IMG/VR virus record: IMGVR_UViG_3300027833_000141
Span: 1 to 33,088 of that record
Origin: a virus
Lineage: Duplodnaviria; Caudoviricetes
Length of the DNA stretch: 33,088 bases
Strand: one strand, 5' to 3'
Shown here piece after piece: positions 24,821 through 33,088 of the stretch. The notes beneath the pieces were generated by a model. It saw only the letters and a list, made by a program, of their open reading frames with translations. It did not search any database and was not told where the DNA came from. The first letter of the stretch is position 1; every line of letters begins with the position of its first letter. Made by a program: the position numbers and the translations under genes.

Positions 24821-27454
24821 TTATTCTAGCATTATTAATCCTGACTCCTCTAATAATAAACTATATCCCTGTTCTAATACTAGGTGTGGGGGTGGTAAGG
24901 GAGGGAATAGAGGTGTTTTTGGGTGAATACTTATTGAACTTGTATATAACTCACTTCCTAAAGCTGCTCTAAAAGCTAACTCTTCGGGAGCTGTATTTAC
25001 CCCGGTACCCACATATGATTGGGGGTTTAGGGTAAAATATGAAAAAGTATCATCAGATATTTGTGATGTATAGTATCTTATTTCTTGTAAACCACCTGAA
25101 AAATGTGAAGCAGGTGAAACTCCATCTCCAAAAGAAGCTGATGTAGCTGTAATCCAAGTAGTAGATCCAGTTAAAGGTAGGGTATTAATACTACTGTATT
25201 GGACAGTGGATGAAGCCACATATTCGCTATTTTTATTTTTAGCTGTTAAAGTATAACCTGATTGTGAAGTATGGTTAATCATAACACTCCACCAATCACC
25301 ATTAAAAAATGGTAGGTATACTGATGATGAAATAGGTGTCCCTTGACCATTAGGGAATAATTTTAAATTACCAAATTGGTATTTAGGATCCACTACTGAC
25401 CCACTATATGAACTTACAATCCCAGATGATCCTGTATATTCCAATGTTAATATAAGTCCAGTATCTAAAGAAAATACTTTTTGAATATTATTTGTGGGAC
25501 CTAAAGACGAAGAATGAACAGTTTCAGGTTTTATTCTAAACATTACTGTTGATGGTCTATTATAAGAACCACTCCAATCAGTATTTAACTCAAACTCAGT
25601 TTGTACTGATTGAGATCCAGTCATATCTAAATAATAGTTATAGATATTTTCTTGGGTTTTATATACTGCTGATTTTTTAGGTGAACCACCATATTCCTTT
25701 ACATCTAATATAGTATCAGATATACCAAAAGTTGATATTAAAGCTCTTAAACCTGCTTTAGTACCCTTAGTTTTTAATAAATAAGGTATGTTATGGTATA
25801 TTCGTTTGTAAACACGCTTTAAAACGTCGTTTTGAGCTATTATGTCGCTTGATGCGCTTATGGCGTTTGTTACCAGATCAATACCTTCTGCAGGCGAACT
25901 ACCCGTAATATTTGCTATAGGGAACGTTGAACCTTCTGATGTTATACCTAAAAATGCTTGGTATAAATCATCTTGATCATAGTTGTTTGAATATAGTTTT
26001 ATACCAAACTCTCTAATAGCATCTGCCACTAAATCTTTTGATATACCATAATCTAATCTATTATCAGCATCGAATCTATTAGTTACATCTTTAGTATAAG
26101 TCCAAACGTTATCAAAGTGTTGACCTATCATCTCTATAAACAACGAATATTGTTCGTTTGCTGGGTCTTCGATTAAATAAGATGGTATAGTGTTTAATAG
26201 AGCATCGTTATTATTACTATCATATAGTGATGCTGATGTAATCTGACCACCATAATAAACTGTACCATCAGCTGTTGAACCAAACCACTCTGCTACTTGT
26301 GTTGAGCCAGTAGGGTATAAGGTATAAGGTAAAGTAGAAGTAGATTTAGGCCAAGATGCAGATGATCCACTATTAAAATATAAAAAATACTCATACCCAT
26401 CGAAGTTATCTATTGTAGTATCTACGATAGCTTCTAAAGTTGCTTTTGATGATGAAAAAGCCATAGAACTAGTTGCTGGGCCAGTTATAGAGTATATGTT
26501 TGCTTCTAGTTGATTTTGAGTTGCTTCTAATAGTGATGCTTTATAATAGAAGTTTTTTAAACGTTCCTCCGATGTTGAAAACTTAATAAACTGATCGTAT
26601 TTAGAGTAATCAATATTGATACTAATACTTTTTTCAGCTAAAAGTGATTTTAGTTGTTGGAGTGATGATGTGAGTGGTGTTTGTAGTATTGAACTATATG
26701 TAAACGTATCTGATGCTACACCTACTTCGTTATTTACGTTTAGGTTAAAGTTAGGACCTTGAATAAACTCAAAATCATCATCGATTTCAACTTCTTCAAT
26801 ATCATATTCTACTTTATATGCTTGTGGTGTTGATATTTCTTCAACAATCCATAGGGTATCCTTAACCGAAAAGTTAGGTGGTAAAGGTTCGTATAGTTTT
26901 ATTAATACTGTAAGTTGTTGATCTATTGTTGTTGGTGTAACATCAATATTATTAGCAATAACTTGTTGGTTATTACCAAAGTTAAGTTGAAAATCAACAA
27001 AATAAGGTCTTGTTTCTCTGTAATCTTGAAAGTTTATATAAGCATCAAATACATCTGTATCTGATAGTTGGTTAGTTTTTAACCTAACTTCAGTTCTTGA
27101 TGGTGATATTTCATCAATATAATATTTTTTCTCAATAGATGATCCTAATCTACGTCTGTATGTGTTGTATACTGTATAGTAGTTACCTTCTGTAAATCCT
27201 AATCCCTTAAGATTTTCTGTTGGGTTTAATACTATGTCTCCTTCTGTGACCTTATATTGTTTTAACTCATAAGTTTCTGAAGGTGATACTATTTGTTTAT
27301 TATCATCGTAAACATAAAGTTCTATGTAGTCAGTTGATGATGTAAAGTTAGTATCAAAAGAGGAAGATGGTATTAACTGCTCATCAGCAGTTGTATACTC
27401 TTGGTATTCAAAGGTAGTTGGATCGACCTGTATCAGTGTAGTATTTTCTTCCAT
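24821..27454 (-). CDS. Baseplate wedge protein, P2 gpI/T4 gp7-like domain
   Basis: MIGQHFD...YKRIYHNIPYLLKTKGTKAGLRALISTFGI...VKEYG carries the KGTxxGL motif; lies downstream of the gp25- and gp6-like genes; LamG-like C-terminal region. Confidence 0.6.
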   Translation of the reverse strand: MEENTTLIQVDPTTFEYQEYTTADEQLIPSSSFDTNFTSSTDYIELYVYDDNKQIVSPSETYELKQYKVTEGDIVLNPTENLKGLGFTEGNYYTVYNTYRRRLGSSIEKKYYIDEISPSRTEVRLKTNQLSDTDVFDAYINFQDYRETRPYFVDFQLNFGNNQQVIANNIDVTPTTIDQQLTVLIKLYEPLPPNFSVKDTLWIVEEISTPQAYKVEYDIEEVEIDDDFEFIQGPNFNLNVNNEVGVASDTFTYSSILQTPLTSSLQQLKSLLAEKSISINIDYSKYDQFIKFSTSEERLKNFYYKASLLEATQNQLEANIYSITGPATSSMAFSSSKATLEAIVDTTIDNFDGYEYFLYFNSGSSASWPKSTSTLPYTLYPTGSTQVAEWFGSTADGTVYYGGQITSASLYDSNNNDALLNTIPSYLIEDPANEQYSLFIEMIGQHFDNVWTYTKDVTNRFDADNRLDYGISKDLVADAIREFGIKLYSNNYDQDDLYQAFLGITSEGSTFPIANITGSSPAEGIDLVTNAISASSDIIAQNDVLKRVYKRIYHNIPYLLKTKGTKAGLRALISTFGISDTILDVKEYGGSPKKSAVYKTQENIYNYYLDMTGSQSVQTEFELNTDWSGSYNRPSTVMFRIKPETVHSSSLGPTNNIQKVFSLDTGLILTLEYTGSSGIVSSYSGSVVDPKYQFGNLKLFPNGQGTPISSSVYLPFFNGDWWSVMINHTSQSGYTLTAKNKNSEYVASSTVQYSSINTLPLTGSTTWITATSASFGDGVSPASHFSGGLQEIRYYTSQISDDTFSYFTLNPQSYVGTGVNTAPEELAFRAALGSELYTSSISIHPKTPLFPPLPPPHLVLEQGYSLLLEESGLIMLE

Positions 27455-27807
27455 TATTCAGTTGTGGGATTAGACAATGTAGTAATCTCTTTTTCTAATT
27501 CCAAGTTATCTTCTCTAAGTATTGTTATTTCATTTCTTAATGCCTCTATTTCAGCATCGGTTTCATCAAACGAAATATACTCACCTGATGTTTTTACTAA
27601 AAAAGCGTGGGAATTACTATCACCCTCAGCAGGGATATCATAAAATAATTCGTTATAAAGGTTAAAGAAATCCTCAACTGTAACTTGTGTTTCTAAGTCA
27701 TCATTGACTGTAGGTACACTTAGTTCAGTAAATGTTGTATTAATAGTTCTTGGATAATCAAGTTTATTGAATACTTCTTTTTGAAGATCTATACGTTTTT
27801 CTGACAT
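27454..27807 (-). CDS. Hypothetical protein with a C-terminal coiled coil
   Basis: TAATG-coupled to the next gene; heptads EIEALRNEITILREDNLELEKEI. Confidence 0.6.
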   Translation of the reverse strand: MSEKRIDLQKEVFNKLDYPRTINTTFTELSVPTVNDDLETQVTVEDFFNLYNELFYDIPAEGDSNSHAFLVKTSGEYISFDETDAEIEALRNEITILREDNLELEKEITTLSNPTTE

Positions 27808-27809
27808 AA

Positions 27810-29066
27810 CTATCCATTTTGAACTTTAAAGTTAAAATTGTTATCTTTGTATACTATTATTTCGTTACCTACAAACGTTTTAATCAATATTTGGTAATAA
27901 CGTTCTGGTTCTAAACCGTTCATATAAACTGTAAAATATGATGATTGTGGATCCGCAGATATTTTAGTATAGTTTTCGTCAAAATCTACAACGTATTCGT
28001 TAGTATCTAAATCTTTAATAGCATAGTATGAACTAGATGGTAATAAAAAGTTTTGAGTATAGGATGATGCAGTTTGAAAAGTACGAACTGGGTATTTAGG
28101 TCTACAGTTGACTCTGAATCGGTTAATACTATCTTCATAAAACACACCTGGGTTTTCATCTAACGCCATGTAAATGTCTGTGTCGTCTATAACAGTTAGT
28201 GATCCAGTAGTAAAATCTGAATCATCCCACTTAACACAAAGTTCAGGTGGGTATATAGTATATGTGTCTGATGAATAAAACTTGATTTGAGGTACTATAG
28301 AAGATGAAGGTTCAAACTCTAAACTTCCAGTCCACTTAACTATAAATCCGTTGTTGTCTATAGTTGTATATGGATTAATATCTTTAGATTGTGAATACCA
28401 AACATCAACTATGTCAGTTACTTTAATATCTAAGTCTTTTTTAGTTCTAACATCGTATGATTGTGATGCAGATGATAAATCTATATTTGGGTTTGTAGAA
28501 CCTGTATACCAAACTCCACCACCTGGTGCGGCATCGATAGATTCGTATTGTTGGTAATCAGGTAACGAACTTGTAGGCCATAGATTATTAGAATAGTTAT
28601 CGTTTCTTTGTTTCCAAGTTACACCATCTTGTACTTCAGGCTTATTACCATAGTGGCCAGTACCGTTAGTCCAATCATATGCTACGGGGAATACCTCTAA
28701 CTTTGATTGTTGAGCTATACCTTGAGCTGTTGCTACGTAAGATTTTAGATGAACATCATGTGGGCTTTCTTTAACTATATTATCAAAAACATAATCAATA
28801 TCAGTTTGATCAAACTTTATTAGGAAACGAGATACTGCTGTAGTAGTATACCCTTCTAAAGATTCTGTGTTGTATGTTATTGAACTACTAACCCAAGTTT
28901 CTCCTACATCACCCCATAAATTAGGATGGTATACTGGATTAGATAAATCTATTAGTGGATTTTTCCAATTACGAGACTCGTTCATAGCATCTAACCCTGT
29001 GTTTAATAAGGGATACTCACTATACATAGTGGCGTCGTTTACCGCAAAGATTTTATATACTGCCAT
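27810..29066 (-). CDS. Putative virion structural protein (DNRLRE-like beta-sandwich)
   Basis: DATMYS..P..NTG, SRFLIKFD, W..G...VTW, VTDIV..W, NNGFIVK, FYSSD and PEL pattern; lies between baseplate genes. Confidence 0.5.
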   Translation of the reverse strand: MAVYKIFAVNDATMYSEYPLLNTGLDAMNESRNWKNPLIDLSNPVYHPNLWGDVGETWVSSSITYNTESLEGYTTTAVSRFLIKFDQTDIDYVFDNIVKESPHDVHLKSYVATAQGIAQQSKLEVFPVAYDWTNGTGHYGNKPEVQDGVTWKQRNDNYSNNLWPTSSLPDYQQYESIDAAPGGGVWYTGSTNPNIDLSSASQSYDVRTKKDLDIKVTDIVDVWYSQSKDINPYTTIDNNGFIVKWTGSLEFEPSSSIVPQIKFYSSDTYTIYPPELCVKWDDSDFTTGSLTVIDDTDIYMALDENPGVFYEDSINRFRVNCRPKYPVRTFQTASSYTQNFLLPSSSYYAIKDLDTNEYVVDFDENYTKISADPQSSYFTVYMNGLEPERYYQILIKTFVGNEIIVYKDNNFNFKVQNG

Positions 29067-29067
29067 A

Positions 29068-30906
29068 TTAGAATGTTACTACTCTACCACTAATATCTCT
29101 ATTAGGATACTTTACTTCAAATATAGATGGATCGATTGATGGGTACATTACACCACTTTGTGTAGCACCTTCAACGTCATAGCCATATTGAGAATATCCT
29201 TCAGATACACCAGCTTTATTGGTTATTATTACTTGTTTTACTGTCTGTACTCCTGTTACTTGATCTAATAAAACGTTTATGTTTCTTAAAATAATAGGTT
29301 GGTTTATTTGCCATTTATCTACATTGAAAAAATCTATTAATGCAGTTAAACAGTTACGTATTACTTCGTTATTGTTGTAGTTAGGTAATGTTATGATTTC
29401 AAAATCAACAGCTATGTTTACTATGTAAGCATCTTTGATAGTGATTGAATCACCTATCATTTTGTATTGGTTTAGGTATGTAGTTAGATTCTCTTTTAAA
29501 GCGTTAGATGGAGTTCTTAGATTTTTGTTTAAATCATAAGATAAAGTGTAAATCTCTAACGTTGTATTTGAGTTAGCGTTTAGTGGTTTTTGAACATGAG
29601 CTTTAGATATAGATCCAAAGTTAGAAGGCATAGATAAAGTACGTACTAAGTAATCATCAGCTGTTACGTTTCGTAACTGAGTACCGTAACTAGATATTGT
29701 GTTTTGTCTTAGTTCTTCTGTTGAATCCCCATCTGCTCCTCCAGTTGCTGCTCCAGCATTATTTACTGCTACAGAATCGAAAACGTATTGAGCTAACGAT
29801 GCGTTTAGTGTTGGTTGGATAAACGTCGTATTTGTAGTGTCAACGTTGGTTAACGTATTTGCAGCGACGTTAGACGCAACACCACCGCCGGTTATGTATC
29901 GAACTGTTAGTGTAGTATTTGATGGTGCTATACCATAGGTATTTGTAAAAATGAAGTTAGTGGGTGAATAAGCTGTTGTAAGTTTATCTTGAGTATAAGG
30001 TAAACCTAAACCTACGTTATGTGGGTTTGGTATAATCTCTTCGTCGTTTGCTTCAGCATTACCTGATCCGAACTGGATTTGGAGTGTTGTATTATCTATA
30101 AATCTAGTAGCAAAACGTCTTTGTACTTGTTTTAGTTGTAAAATATATGGTGTGTCTTCTTCTCCGTTAGAGTTATTAGGATCGTTTACGTTTGTGTTTT
30201 TGATTTTATCATAAACCGAATCTTGTCCTAAAGCACTAACTTGATACCACTCGTTACCATCAGAATCAAATACATCTAATATTTGAGCTATACTAGTTCC
30301 TTGTAAATCAACTGTTGGAAACTCTTGATGTTCACCAAACGAAAAAGTTGTGGTTTGGATATCACCTGATGTCGCGTTACGTTTTTTATTTAGTAAGTAA
30401 TAAGTAGGTGTAGCACCGTTTACTTGAGCTACAGTTATTAGTGTAGGATCTTGTGATGATGATACTGTAAAATCAATATTATCTTGTATAGTGAAAGTTT
30501 GACCATCTCCTGTAACTTCTGTATTCTCAGGAAAATCAAGAGCGTAAGAAAAATCAGGTAGTGATCCTGTACCTACAGTTTTAGCGGGTACTATTTGAAA
30601 TATATCTAGTTGTGTAGTTGCTAGTGATGTTACTTTAGGTGTATAACCAAACATATAAGCCAAATCGAATAAGTTATTCGTTTGTCTAGCATATTGGATA
30701 AACGTTTCCTGTAGTTGGTTATCTAAATAAAAACTTAAAACATCTCCTACATAAGATGCCTGCTCCATAAACATCATACCAGGTGATGCTGGGGAGAAGT
30801 CTGTGTAGGTTGTTGGGAAATAGGTTTTAGAAAAGTTTATTAACTGATTTCTAAAATCACCAAAATCCTTATTTAAATACGATATGTCTCTTTTTACTTT
30901 TGCCAT
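29068..30906 (-). CDS. Baseplate wedge subunit, T4 gp6/baseplate J-like
   Basis: Motifs YLNKDF..FR..L, YTDFS..SPG, SYVGDVLSFYLD, A...GY.P, IQFGSG and GGADGDS.EELR...Q.R.VTADDY. Confidence 0.88.
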   Translation of the reverse strand: MAKVKRDISYLNKDFGDFRNQLINFSKTYFPTTYTDFSPASPGMMFMEQASYVGDVLSFYLDNQLQETFIQYARQTNNLFDLAYMFGYTPKVTSLATTQLDIFQIVPAKTVGTGSLPDFSYALDFPENTEVTGDGQTFTIQDNIDFTVSSSQDPTLITVAQVNGATPTYYLLNKKRNATSGDIQTTTFSFGEHQEFPTVDLQGTSIAQILDVFDSDGNEWYQVSALGQDSVYDKIKNTNVNDPNNSNGEEDTPYILQLKQVQRRFATRFIDNTTLQIQFGSGNAEANDEEIIPNPHNVGLGLPYTQDKLTTAYSPTNFIFTNTYGIAPSNTTLTVRYITGGGVASNVAANTLTNVDTTNTTFIQPTLNASLAQYVFDSVAVNNAGAATGGADGDSTEELRQNTISSYGTQLRNVTADDYLVRTLSMPSNFGSISKAHVQKPLNANSNTTLEIYTLSYDLNKNLRTPSNALKENLTTYLNQYKMIGDSITIKDAYIVNIAVDFEIITLPNYNNNEVIRNCLTALIDFFNVDKWQINQPIILRNINVLLDQVTGVQTVKQVIITNKAGVSEGYSQYGYDVEGATQSGVMYPSIDPSIFEVKYPNRDISGRVVTF

Positions 30907-31313
30907 TATTGAAATGTTAACTCAACGTTATCTGTTAGTCCGGTTTGAGCAATACTATACTTTAGTGATATTGTCACTGTGTATTGATCTGGATTTGATG
31001 CTACTTCTAAATCATCTATGATAACGTTAGGAATATTCTCGTTTATACCCTGTTGTATATTTTCTTCTAAACCATCTAGATTATCGTTTTCTATTTGTTC
31101 GAATAGAAAGTTCTTTAAACCTGCTCCAAAAGTAGGGTTTGCAATTCGTTCTCCTGGGTTCGTTAATAAATAGTTAACTAAGTTATACTTTATAGCATCC
31201 TTAGTTTGAAAGGTTTGGTTAAAGACAGCCGGAGCACTAAAGGGTAAAGCTACACCAATAGCGACTCTAGGTCGTAAATCGTTAGGAAATATTTGTCTTT
31301 CTCCGAATGCCAT
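30906..31313 (-). CDS. Baseplate wedge subunit, gp25/gpW family
   Basis: IKYNLVNYLLTNPGERIANPTFGAGLKNFLFE is the canonical gp25 signature; TAATG-coupled to the gp6-like gene. Confidence 0.92.
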   Translation of the reverse strand: MAFGERQIFPNDLRPRVAIGVALPFSAPAVFNQTFQTKDAIKYNLVNYLLTNPGERIANPTFGAGLKNFLFEQIENDNLDGLEENIQQGINENIPNVIIDDLEVASNPDQYTVTISLKYSIAQTGLTDNVELTFQ

Positions 31314-31663
31314 TATTTATTCATTATACCCATTATTTGATCTATCGATACTTCTCCTTCAGGTAGTTTCCCGTTTGGTGAAGTTGTATCCATAGGACCA
31401 TTTACTTGTAAACCTTGTGTTGGTATTACGTCTCCTGATGTAAACTGTTTTTTCATATCACCTAAAACGTTCATATAGTTTTCTCTGATATTTTGTTTTA
31501 CCTCTGGGTTGGCTGGTTGTGCTGTAGGTGGAGCATAGGATTTTTGTTCGTATACTGGTTGCTTGTTTGATTTAACTGCCTCTAGTAATATGTCCTTTAG
31601 TTCCTCTTGGATTACTTCCTTTACTACTTCTTTTAGTGTGTTTTTAAGTTCTGCTAGTTTCAT
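31313..31663 (-). CDS. Hypothetical protein with repeated (L/V/I)xE motifs
   Basis: MKLAELKNTLKEVVKEVIQEELKDILLE; class I motif at 31668-31676; TAATG-coupled to the gp25-like gene. Confidence 0.6.
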   Translation of the reverse strand: MKLAELKNTLKEVVKEVIQEELKDILLEAVKSNKQPVYEQKSYAPPTAQPANPEVKQNIRENYMNVLGDMKKQFTSGDVIPTQGLQVNGPMDTTSPNGKLPEGEVSIDQIMGIMNK

Positions 31664-31667
31664 ATGA

Positions 31668-31676
31668 TTATAAATA
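31668..31676 (-). promoter_or_regulatory. Class I motif TATTTATAA
   Basis: In the 18-nt gap before the ATG at 31663. Confidence 0.5.
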
Positions 31677-31681
31677 TAACG

Positions 31682-33088
31682 TTAGTTTGGTTTTAAATCG
31701 TTTTGTTCAATAGTGAATATAAGTTCGTTTATTAGTATTTGATCTGATGAAGCATATGATGGTTCTCCTTTAACTACCACCACACCTTGGCTATCTTTAC
31801 CAACAGCATATCGACGTTTTAGGTCTTTATTGGTTTCTCCTTCTTGTGTTTCTACAGCTAAAATAAATCCGTTATATTCAGTAACTATGGGTGTGCCAGA
31901 TTCTGCTGATTCTTTAGTAATATTTGTAAGTTCCTCATCTAGTTGTACTTGTAGATAAGTTCCTGATAATAGGTCTTGGATATTAAAGTCGGCGTTAGGT
32001 GAAATACCTAATATTCTTCTTATTCTAGAGTCATTTATTTTTGAAAAATCAACATCTTGGATAGTTAAACTACCGGGTTGGATAGTTACTCCGTTTGTAA
32101 GATCTTTATCTACTTCTTCTTCTTTATTTAACTCATCTACTACTGCTTGTCTAGATTCATCTAAACACTCCCCTATTAAACTATCTATTGCGCTTAGTAT
32201 GTTTAATACCTTAGTTAAAACGGATACAAGTGGGATTGTTACTGGAGTTAGTATACCTACAATATTACCAAACTTATCTACTAGTTTAGTAAGTTTATCC
32301 TTTTTATCTTCTATTACTGATATTTTACCTAAGGAAGTTGATATAATAACACCCCCTGCTGGACCTGGTGGTAAACCTATAGTTGATGGTATAGGGTTTA
32401 CTGTTATTATTTTTCTAACTACCTTAAAGGCTATTACTAAAGCTTTTAATATAGAAGAAATAGTTTTTACTTTACTTGCTATTTTTAATATATTATTTAA
32501 CTGTCTTGTTAGTTTATTTTTTTTACTAATAAGTCTAGGTATCCCAACTATAGAGGGACATGATTTTTTTGCTAGTTGGTTTAAAGCAGTTATACCAAAC
32601 TGTGCTAATAGGTTTAAAGCAAAAGGTATTAATCTTTCATTTATTTTATTTACCTCTTTATTAATAGTTTCTGATATAATAGCTTCAGCTGATTTAAGGT
32701 TGAAGGAGTTCATTTTATTAACATCATCCTCATCCATAACTAAAAGTTTAGATTCTTCTTTTTCTAAGGATTTCTTAATAGTGTTTAACTCAACAACGTT
32801 AATACGAGTTTTAAGTTTACCATCTAAAGTTATGGATGGTACGTCTTGGGGTTCATATTTATTTAGTGAAAAATCTATATTACTTTGAGGTATTTCTTCT
32901 CCTACAGGGACAGTTATTCGTAGTGTAAAACCACCTCCTGGTTGGGTTGTTGTATTAGATTTATCTAAACTAACTTTAACTCCCCTTAATCCCTCTTTAG
33001 TTATAGAATCTATTACTCTACCCTTTATTTGAAACTTAGTTGGTTTTGGTGCTACCTCTTCCCTAACTACAGTTGGAACGTTTATCCA
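31682..33088 (-). CDS. Partial protein (5' end outside window) with a carboxypeptidase-regulatory-like domain and a long helical region
   Basis: The frame stays open upstream of 32737 to the window edge (hand translation): WINVPTVVREEVAPKPTKFQIKGRVIDSITKEGLRGVKVSLDKSNTTTQPGGGFTL...LLVMDEDD. The track's start at 32737 is therefore an internal Met. Confidence 0.75.
   Translation of the reverse strand, partial: WINVPTVVREEVAPKPTKFQIKGRVIDSITKEGLRGVKVSLDKSNTTTQPGGGFTLRITVPVGEEIPQSNIDFSLNKYEPQDVPSITLDGKLKTRINVVELNTIKKSLEKEESKLLVMDEDDVNKMNSFNLKSAEAIISETINKEVNKINERLIPFALNLLAQFGITALNQLAKKSCPSIVGIPRLISKKNKLTRQLNNILKIASKVKTISSILKALVIAFKVVRKIITVNPIPSTIGLPPGPAGGVIISTSLGKISVIEDKKDKLTKLVDKFGNIVGILTPVTIPLVSVLTKVLNILSAIDSLIGECLDESRQAVVDELNKEEEVDKDLTNGVTIQPGSLTIQDVDFSKINDSRIRRILGISPNADFNIQDLLSGTYLQVQLDEELTNITKESAESGTPIVTEYNGFILAVETQEGETNKDLKRRYAVGKDSQGVVVVKGEPSYASSDQILINELIFTIEQNDLKPN

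Noticed and set aside
24810-24925. Intron or programmed frameshift joining 24821-27454 and 22770-24809
   Set aside because: The segment is too short for a group I/II intron and has no convincing structure or slippery site. It encodes a plausible peptide motif and is followed by a normal A-rich leader and ATG.
1834-32888. All plus-strand ORFs in the track (e.g. 10892-11374, 19886-20293, 32199-32888) and the minus-strand ORF 20166-20375
   Set aside because: They are antisense or out-of-frame shadows of well-supported minus-strand genes, often start at non-ATG codons, and show no recognisable motifs.
1-33088. Stop-codon reassignment
   Set aside because: Genes up to 1574 aa are intact in the standard code, and TAA, TAG and TGA all end genes at sensible boundaries.
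1-33088. tRNA, rRNA or other structured ncRNA genes
   Set aside because: The intergenic gaps are short and AT-rich, with no cloverleaf or T-loop signatures seen.

Overview
This is an AT-rich segment of a large tailed-phage genome (myovirus-type, T4-like baseplate). Every credible gene is on the minus strand, in standard genetic code, with tight TAATG/ATGA translational coupling. In transcription order (right to left) it holds a partial virion gene with a carboxypeptidase-regulatory-like domain, then gp25-like and gp6-like baseplate wedge genes. Several large baseplate/structural genes follow, then an approximately 14 kb block of repeat-rich tail-fibre and receptor-binding genes (3.7-17.8 kb) interrupted by a glutaredoxin-like gene and a 52-aa CGC-motif gene. 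The left end carries a GIY-YIG nuclease, DNA primase, PD-(D/E)XK exonuclease, zeta-toxin-like P-loop kinase and a partial HxGH nucleotidyltransferase. Two promoter-like motifs recur upstream of genes: TATTTATAA, and (T/A)GG-N19-TA(T/C)ATT, which resembles the Bacteroidota -33/-7 promoter. Together with SD-less A-rich leaders, these suggest a Bacteroidota host. The best candidates for new biology are (i) strong enrichment of a [ST]-[GAS]-S tripeptide confined to virion proteins, possibly a modification sequon; (ii) a chain of paired docking motifs that could build a branched receptor-binding apparatus; and (iii) a kinase plus nucleotidyltransferase pair with possible capsid-targeting, protease-cleavable leaders. 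All family assignments come from motif recognition by eye; no searches were run.
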